The position numbers and the translations under genes were made by a program. Positions 56,495 to 64,000 of a stretch of DNA of 64,000 bases are shown piece by piece; position 1 is the first letter of the stretch; every line of letters starts with the position of its first letter. The DNA lies in the IMG/VR virus record IMGVR_UViG_3300021514_000002, positions 96,001-160,000 of that record, one strand, 5' to 3'. The notes under the pieces were generated by a model, which had not been told where the DNA came from, searched no databases, and saw only the letters and a program-made list of their open reading frames with translations. The stretch comes from a virus (lineage: Duplodnaviria; Caudoviricetes).

Positions 56495-57091
56495 ATGTGA
56501 TAATAATGTGACGATTGTGTGATGATATAGGGGTGTGATGATTATGTGATCATTGTGTGATCATTGTGTGATTGGGATAACTGCATTATCGGACGATAAC
56601 GGGAGCATGTTATCATCCTGCAGGTTGCTGTTCTAATCATAGAACCCCTAGTAACTATGTTATTCAATAGGGACAGTGTTACACAGTTGTCAACAGTTGT
56701 CAACAGTTGTCAACAGTTGTCAACAGTTGTCAACAGTGGAAGACAGTTTTTAATGGTGACCATTATAATGAGCATAACACCCCCTTGTGCCTATTATAAT
56801 AGTCATTATGGTCTACGTGTGAACCATAAGACATCCTTATGTACCGTGTGTAGACCATTTGAAACTGTGGAGAACTGTGGAGAACTGTCTTCCACTGTCT
56901 TCCACTGTTACCATAATAATGGTATATTAGTCAGTTATTGTATTAGAATACTATAATAATGGTATATTAGAATATTACCATATACTGATATATGCACCCA
57001 GGGTTGACGTGCCCCCATTATAGTATAACACATATAGAAAGCTTGTCAAGTCTTTTTTTCATCTTTTTGCCTGTGGATAACCTGTGGATAA
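56495..57091. repeat. Origin-like region 2: 11-bp arrays, 10-bp tandem repeats, inverted ACAGT units and two tandem DnaA boxes
   Basis: (ACAGTTGTCA)x5.5 at 56683-56737; TGTGGATAA at 57072-57080 and 57083-57091. Confidence 0.6.
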
Positions 57092-57592
57092 CTTATCGAC
57101 CGCCCAGGGTGGGCGTACTATTATTATAACAAATTAGGTTACAAAAGTCAAGCTTTATTTCATTTATTTCTAAAGTATTCTGAAATGTTTTGGGGGAGTT
57201 TATTTAATAGGTATGTAAGCGATACGATCATGAACAATGCATATGTAGTCCCAGACAGTATTGCCCAGCCTATGCTATCTGGTAATAGGTGGATTAATAC
57301 TTCTACTACAACGAAGTACACATGGCATCAGGTATCTGCCCAATGTATCTGTATTGAATTACTTTGACCAAAGCCTTCGTAGCCGTCTTCTATACACGCT
57401 TGGATATCAGCGGGGGTATAGTCTTCAAAGTTAGATAGTCGGTCTGACATCGCATCTATGAAAGCCCGTTCAGCAAGTACTACGTCATCGCGTGTAAACC
57501 TTTGAAGGCTTTCAACCATCTCACCTATAATTACTATTACGTATACATAATTACTCATAATTCTACTCCCATACCTCGAAGGCGATCTTTAG

Positions 57593-58078
57593 TTAAATAT
57601 GTTTCCAATTATTCCTATTAACGACCATTTTAATAGCACTTCTACTAACACTATATTCTGTCCCTAGTTCTTCTTGTGTATAATTTCCAGTTGAATATTT
57701 TTCACGTATTTCAAGTACTTCGTATTCATTTAATATTCTTTGTGGGTTTATTTCCCCTTTGTTACTTCCACCCATTGCACGACCTTTGTTTACTTTGTCA
57801 TTGACATTGTCAGCATGGGTGCCAAGCCATAAATGCTCTGGATTAATACAACATGGATTATCGCAAGAGTGGCATACAATTAACCCATTAGGTATTTTAG
57901 ATTCATTATAAAGTTCATAAGCAATCCGATGTACTCGTGTTGTCTTATTATTTAAACTCATGATCGCGTAACCAGCCTCGTTTTTATAGGCTTGCCATTC
58001 CCAACACCCAGTATCTTGAACTGTAATAATATTTTTTTCAAGTCTTTCTTGTAATGACCATTCTCTGTTATATACCAA
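57593..58078 (-). CDS. HNH homing endonuclease
   Basis: CWEWQ..RVHRIAY..VCHSCDNPCCINPEHLWLGTHADN. Confidence 0.88.
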   Translation of the reverse strand: MVYNREWSLQERLEKNIITVQDTGCWEWQAYKNEAGYAIMSLNNKTTRVHRIAYELYNESKIPNGLIVCHSCDNPCCINPEHLWLGTHADNVNDKVNKGRAMGGSNKGEINPQRILNEYEVLEIREKYSTGNYTQEELGTEYSVSRSAIKMVVNRNNWKHI

Positions 58079-58150
58079 TGTTGTTTCCTTATAAAAGTGG
58101 GGACATTATTACATGCCCCCAGTATCATGTCAAGAACTTTTGTAACCTAA

Positions 58151-58888
58151 TTATTCAGTGAAGTCTACCATTTCATAAGTTTCAATAAACTCATTGATGT
58201 TTGCTTCCATGTAGTTACAGATGCGATCTGTTATTAATTCATCACCGTGACTACTTTTACGAATTTCATCAATGACAGCAACAATAGCATCGTGGGACAT
58301 TGTTTCATCTTCGTCACTGGGTTCTAGATCTGCAAGAAAGCAGTCATAGCTTGGCAAGCCATCCAATGAATAAGTTGTTACCAGACCAACAGCTGAATAA
58401 CCATTGTCACCAATGTCATTGCCGAAGCGTGAGCCTTCTGGTAGCTTTCTTTGTCCGAATCCACTGTATACTTCGAGGGTGTTTTTATCAAGGTCTACAA
58501 CGTACGCCCATTCGCAGAATAGTCCATCTGTCGCAAATTCAATTTGATCGGCAAGTTGAACAGGTTCAGTAGCGTCTTGAATAAATTCCAAAATAGCACC
58601 ACCCATATCACGAGAAAGTTGCGGATGTACTTTATTGAATTTTTTAGAAACCTCCATGGTTACCATGTCACTATCGTCAGCACCAAACTCTTTCCATAAT
58701 GCCTTCTGTTCCTCGGTTGTAATGAAGAATGATTGTTTCAAGTTTTCAATAAACTTTTCTTTGTCCATTCTTTTCAAGAATTCTAAAATGATTTTGCCTT
58801 GACCAGACGGATAGCCGTCCCATTGGCCGTACTGTGCTACACGGTATTCGCCATTCAGCATGACGCATGTTAAATTACGTGTCCCCAT
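58151..58888 (-). CDS. Conserved hypothetical phage protein
   Basis: MGTRNLT..VAQYGQWDGYPSGQG..FCEWAYVVDLD motif set. Confidence 0.7.
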   Translation of the reverse strand: MGTRNLTCVMLNGEYRVAQYGQWDGYPSGQGKIILEFLKRMDKEKFIENLKQSFFITTEEQKALWKEFGADDSDMVTMEVSKKFNKVHPQLSRDMGGAILEFIQDATEPVQLADQIEFATDGLFCEWAYVVDLDKNTLEVYSGFGQRKLPEGSRFGNDIGDNGYSAVGLVTTYSLDGLPSYDCFLADLEPSDEDETMSHDAIVAVIDEIRKSSHGDELITDRICNYMEANINEFIETYEMVDFTE

Positions 58889-58959
58889 AATTCTTACCTT
58901 TAAGTTTGTTTAAGTATAAAGAATTGTACCCCAATTAAGGGGTACAGTCAAGCAATAGA

Positions 58960-59514
58960 TTAACGAAGCCAGTATTCAACGCCATCAAAATCAACGCTGG
59001 TATAATCCATTTGGATGTCACTTGCAACGCCTTCCCAATCGATATTGTTTTCAATATAACTGGGAATGTCTTGTGGTAAGTCGCCTATGTCTTGAATTAA
59101 ATCTTTGGCGTATTCTTCAAAGTAGGAATCACGGATCAATGCCGTACCATATTCCCAATCAGGGGCATAACCTTCAGCATCTTCTGCTAATGATTTAATA
59201 GGTTCCAGTTCTTCATTGGCTTCTGCAATGTCGTTTTCAATCGTAGTGATATTATCTTCAAGTTCTTGAATTTCAGAACGAAGTGAATCAACCGCGTTTT
59301 CAATTTCAGCAATTTCATCAGCGTCGTCTTCATCGTCAAGTTCCTGCGACTTATCTTCGAGCTCATCAATCTCAGCTTCTTTGTCTTCAATTTCAATACG
59401 ATGGTCGTTGGTGTCTTCTTCCCAACCACTAATATCTGATTCAAGTTCATCAATACGTGCAATGACATCGCGCGAATCAATGATGTCTTCTGAATTGTCT
59501 ACTTCGTTTGCCAT
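58960..59514 (-). CDS. Very acidic coiled-coil protein, candidate DNA mimic
   Basis: About 64 D/E versus about 10 K/R in 184 aa; C-terminal YIENNIDWEGVA. Confidence 0.6.
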   Translation of the reverse strand: MANEVDNSEDIIDSRDVIARIDELESDISGWEEDTNDHRIEIEDKEAEIDELEDKSQELDDEDDADEIAEIENAVDSLRSEIQELEDNITTIENDIAEANEELEPIKSLAEDAEGYAPDWEYGTALIRDSYFEEYAKDLIQDIGDLPQDIPSYIENNIDWEGVASDIQMDYTSVDFDGVEYWLR

Positions 59515-59579
59515 GATATTATTTCCTATATTTGTTAACGATAAGTAATTATAACCCATCCTTGGGTAACTGTCAAATA

Positions 59580-60296
59580 TTAATTCTTAGAAAACTTAAT
59601 AAATTCATCAATATTTTCTTTAGCAAAGAGTATGATTTCGTTAATAATAGTGTCGGGGGTATCTAACTTATCCTTAGCGCAATCAATCATATCAATAACA
59701 TCTTGACGTTCTTCGTCTTCATCTTCGTCAAAGTTATAGCCCATTATATCTTCGGCGAATCGTTTCCATTGTTCATCATCGTTGCTTAACATGTTTTCAA
59801 CTTCACCATTTGCAATGATGATGTTACCAGAGAAGTAACCACCTTCTTCAACTACGTCAATTTCAAATTCCAAAGTTGGATATAGTTCTGCCAACTTTTC
59901 AAAAATTGGATCGGGTGTTGACCATGCAGTTTGGAAAGCAAAACAATTTTCACAATGATCAGCAGGGCTATAATCATAAGCACCCCACTTAGTACCTTGA
60001 TTAGTAACTTTCCAATCATACCAGTTATCGTGACCATAGGATTCGATCAAGCGTTTAGACTTCTTTTCCCATGCTTTATATTCTACACTGTCAGGTGAAG
60101 CTTCTTTACCATCTACCCGTGGTGGGCTGTTGGGCGCGCGCGTGCCAGCCAGCTCTGCAGGGAATGGAATAATTGTATCGAATTCAAAACAGTCCTTACC
60201 ATTTTCGCCTTTGGCGGTAACGTGATTATCGAAAAACTTTTTAACTTCTGCATCTGTGCCATTGACAGACATAATATGGTAGACATGATTTGGCAT
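59580..60296 (-). CDS. DUF1281/YubB-like ferredoxin-fold protein
   Basis: MPNH..WYDW..GTKWG..FQTAWSTP..LYPTLEF. Confidence 0.7.
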   Translation of the reverse strand: MPNHVYHIMSVNGTDAEVKKFFDNHVTAKGENGKDCFEFDTIIPFPAELAGTRAPNSPPRVDGKEASPDSVEYKAWEKKSKRLIESYGHDNWYDWKVTNQGTKWGAYDYSPADHCENCFAFQTAWSTPDPIFEKLAELYPTLEFEIDVVEEGGYFSGNIIIANGEVENMLSNDDEQWKRFAEDIMGYNFDEDEDEERQDVIDMIDCAKDKLDTPDTIINEIILFAKENIDEFIKFSKN

Positions 60297-60365
60297 AATT
60301 TTTACCTTTAAATTTGGTTGTGATGATTATGTGATTGTAACCTAATTGTGATAGGTTGTCAATAA

Positions 60366-63300
60366 CTAATATTCAGCAGGTGTTACGTCCATTGGACGAT
60401 CAGTCAATTTACGAGCCTTACTATAAATGTCACGGATAGATACACTCTCGCGCTCGCCCTTACTGTTAATAGCTTCGGCAAAACCAATAATGTAACGCAA
60501 TTTTTCTGCCCCTGATTCCATAAAGATCGCAACCTCGCCATCTATTAAATGTTCAGATACTATTAACGGTAAATCTATTTCAGTTTCATTGTCATCTTCT
60601 TCATCATATGAATATGTAGGCCATCCAGCACCATCAGCATCATTGCCGAGAATAACAAAACCATCATCGTTATTTTGTTCAACCTCAATGCCGGGAATTT
60701 CTAACATTGCCGCTAAAAATGCTTCATCGTCTTTTACTTTGAAATAATTTGTTCTGCAATTTGCATGATAATTTGCCATGATATTTTCCTTGTGATGGTT
60801 ATGTGATTAGATAGATTCTACCATATCATTAATGATAGTATCAATTTGTTCAGTTGTCAAACCTTTAACAGGTACGCATCGTTCGTAAGATACTTCTAAG
60901 CCCTTGTCGCGACCATATTCAAAGTCAAGGTTAGTACCAGCAAGGAATAAGATTTCGTCTCCACCTGATTCGTTACGGCCATTATCAGCAGAATAATACA
61001 TTGCCCGTAACTGATAAAAGAACGTACCGCCTTCGGTTAAATAATCGCTTTCTGTTTCACTTAACTCTTCGGCTAACTCACCCAGATCCATATCATATAA
61101 TGAATGATAATTAATGACATTAGGATTTGGATTCTTAATTTGTTCAATCAAGTAATAAAAACCAAGGCTTTCTGAATTTTTCTCACAAAAAGCTTCGAGG
61201 GCATCTTGTAAAGACTGTTCAATTACTTTATCGAGTTGGTTAGATACTTTTTCATTAGCTGACATATTACCAGAGCTAAATCCAGTATGTAAGTCTGTAG
61301 GTACGGTTAGATCAAAGCCACCGTTTGTAAATGGAATAAACCCATCATATCCTTTATGGTTAATGGGTTGTACTTGTGTATCAATACAACCACCATAATT
61401 TTCTGGTAGGTCATCCATCGCATCTTGAAACTTTGTTTCAATGTGTGATGATAATGTGACGGGTACATTCATGAGTTGCATATCTAATTACCTTTATTTG
61501 TTGACGTTAGAGCTATTATTACATAACCCTATATCTTTGTCAATAACTTAATTAAACATTTCAATTTGTTGTGGTGATTCTGTGATGTCATACTTTATAG
61601 CGGACTTAATTTCACTAATCATATGATCAGCATTGTATCCAAAATAGCCCCAGCAAGAATCGATGTCTTTTTCTTCACCAGCATCATCTTTAACGATACT
61701 AAAACCGTAAACTTCGCCAGTAAGATACTGGTCATATGTTTCAACTTCACCAGTAAGATGCGTTGCAACCTTTTTGCGCCATTTTAAAGAAACACGCTGA
61801 AGGCTATATTCTTTACGAATATCTTCATGAGATATATAGATATACCCTACGCGGCCAGAATCCCAGCCACATGAAAACCCGCCTGTGTTCATTGTGATAC
61901 CTGAATGATCATATAGGTACAATGGCAATACTACATATTTCTTATGTACAATTTCCCAACATTTATCGATTTGTTTATCGGTTAAATATTCATAACATTC
62001 TTCATCATACAATCCAGACAATTCATGTACCATTGCAATTGGGGTTTCAAAATCATGTTTGTCGCCAAGATTATAACGGTTATGAAAACAGACCATAGTG
62101 CCAAGGTTATCCCACTCACGCGGGCTTTCTGACATATCATCATGTTCGATCTTGATAGTATAATCCCCGAATTCAGTAGTTTCCATATAAGGAATGTGTA
62201 ATGCTTCGAGATTTAATGTATCGTGGTTCATGGTAATTACCTTTTGTTTGTTGACGTTAGGGCTATTATTACATAGCCCTGTTTGTTTGTCAATAACTAA
62301 TCGTGTTGTTTATCAATTTCATTTTGTAATTGATTAAGTAAACCAATTGTAGTAACTAAGCGATCAATAGCATCACTTGTATCTTTGCGACGTGCATGTA
62401 ACATAGTTTGTATTTCAATATCATCCTTTTCTGATAACATACGCACTTCATCGGCAGTAGTAACAACATCCTCTAATACTGTATCGTCTTGAAAATCGCA
62501 CTGCATTTCTAATGCGCGCATTAATGAGTTCACTTGTGATTGTGTGGTAAGAGCGAGCGTAATAGTTTTCATAGTCTTTACCTTTTGTTTATTGACAGTG
62601 GGCACATTATTACATAGCGGCATATCCTTGTCAACAATTAATTTGTATATTAGTATATCTGAATATTCTAATATACCTGCCCATATTTGCCAGTTCTATG
62701 TAGACTTTTCGCCTTCGGCTTTCCTTAGCTTCTGTAAACATTATAGCCCATCCTTGGGCTACTGTCAACAACTATTTCGTATAAGTTTCCATAATTATTT
62801 CAATACATTCTTTCTGCATACGTGGTGTTAATACATATTCCAATATCATAGCACTATCGATGATAGCGTCATACAGCGCACCTTCTGTTCGTGTTGGATC
62901 ATAGTCCCCAGCGTCAGCCATTTTCATTATATGTTCTGCCACTTCGTCTACAACACCTTCTGCACCAACTACATAACCATCGACACTGTTTATTTCCACA
63001 AATTGACATTTATCAATATGCCAACCATCAAGGTTATACATGATATGGTTTATCAGTTCATCATCCCGAAGAACGGTAGTACTTACATCCCATGCAGGAT
63101 AGTTCATAGGGGTATGTGCAATTTGTAGATACTTTCCGTTCTGTCCAATTTCTGCAAACAATACTACGCTTCCTTCTTCACTACTAAAGGCATTGTTGCC
63201 ACGTTCTGTAATATCTAAGTTCATAATGTTTCTCCAATATTATTGTAAGTATTTCTTTGCGTGATATGTTGCCATGCGTGCCTTGTTACGTACTGCACGC

Positions 63301-63422
63301 TCTTGTTCTCGTACACTTTCAGAAGAAGGTGCGTAAGTTAATTTGAATACCCATCGCGGGGATAAGAAAGCAATCCACGCGTTAAGTAAATGTAATGGTA
63401 AGTAATAGAATATTTTAATCAT
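60366..63422 (-). other. Series of single-gene cassettes encoding hypothetical proteins, each with its own sigma70 promoter
   Basis: ORFs 60366..60779, 60807..61481, 61548..62231, 62297.., 62772..63224 and 63240..63422. Confidence 0.65.
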
Positions 63423-63480
63423 AAGTAATTGTAACCCAATGTGTTAGGGTTGTCAACAATTAATATGGATAAATATTATT

Positions 63481-63987
63481 ATGGATATTATAACAAGAAA
63501 AGAAGCGAAGAAATTAGGATTAAAATACTATTTCACTGGAAAACCATGTAAGTATGGACATATTGCTATTAGGCTGACCACTAACTGGGATTGTTTGGAA
63601 TGTAATAAAAAATATAAAAAGAATTATTACTATAAAAATAAAGAAAGTATTATTTCTTATAATATTGCATATAATAAGAAATTGTGGGAGGAATGCCCAC
63701 AAATAAAAAGAAGTTATGATAAAAAATACCGCGAACAGAATCCAGAAAAGCGTATAAAGTATTTACGTAAGCAGAAGAGTGCAATACCCCAATGGCACGA
63801 AACTGATCTTGTAAAACAATTATATCTTAAACGTGACCAATTATCTAAACTGTGGAATATTTCTTTACATGTAGATCACGTAGTACCACTACAAGGCAAG
63901 AATGTTTGTGGTCTTCATTGTTGGGATAACCTACAGTTATTAGAAGCAAGCCTCAATATATCTAAACATAATAAATTTAAAGAATAA
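63481..63987 (+). CDS. HNH-family protein, paralogue of 52430..53140
   Basis: RKEAKKLGLKYYFTGKPC..GH and HVDHVVPLQGKNVCGLH..NLQ. Confidence 0.8.
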   Translation: MDIITRKEAKKLGLKYYFTGKPCKYGHIAIRLTTNWDCLECNKKYKKNYYYKNKESIISYNIAYNKKLWEECPQIKRSYDKKYREQNPEKRIKYLRKQKSAIPQWHETDLVKQLYLKRDQLSKLWNISLHVDHVVPLQGKNVCGLHCWDNLQLLEASLNISKHNKFKE

Positions 63988-64000
63988 AAAACACCAGCCG

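Noticed and set aside
56657-56956. 99-aa plus-strand ORF and the 10-bp tandem repeat as a gene or CRISPR
   Set aside because: The translation simply mirrors the tandem repeat, and there are no unique spacers between units.

Overview
This AT-rich window (about one third GC) looks like part of a large lytic phage, probably a T4-related jumbo phage. The evidence is dense short ORFs, consensus sigma70 early promoters, T4-late-like (T/G/C)ATAAATA boxes, several HNH/GIY-YIG-type endonucleases and a viral-type NAD-dependent ligase. Its GroEL, RpoH and Cas proteins point to a gammaproteobacterial host (inference). The clearest system is a compact type I-F2 (I-Fv) CRISPR-Cas locus: cas3-cas7fv-cas5fv-cas6f, a leader and a 9-repeat/8-spacer array. 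It has no cas1/cas2 in the window and is driven by the phage's own promoter class. Other notable items: (1) a four-gene envelope/ion module (GluR0-like ligand-gated K+ channel, TAXI-type binding-protein fusion, DUF2491-like, PspA-like); (2) two CCA-ended tRNA-like RNAs (124 and 139 nt) sharing one acceptor stem; (3) an RpoH gene reduced to region 2 plus a -1-frame region 4.2; (4) a vWA plus J-domain/pseudokinase pair behind a GC-rich structured 5' leader; (5) a 13-bp box in or next to about 20 promoters; (6) two origin-like regions with paired DnaA boxes. All family assignments come from motif recognition by eye; no database search was run.
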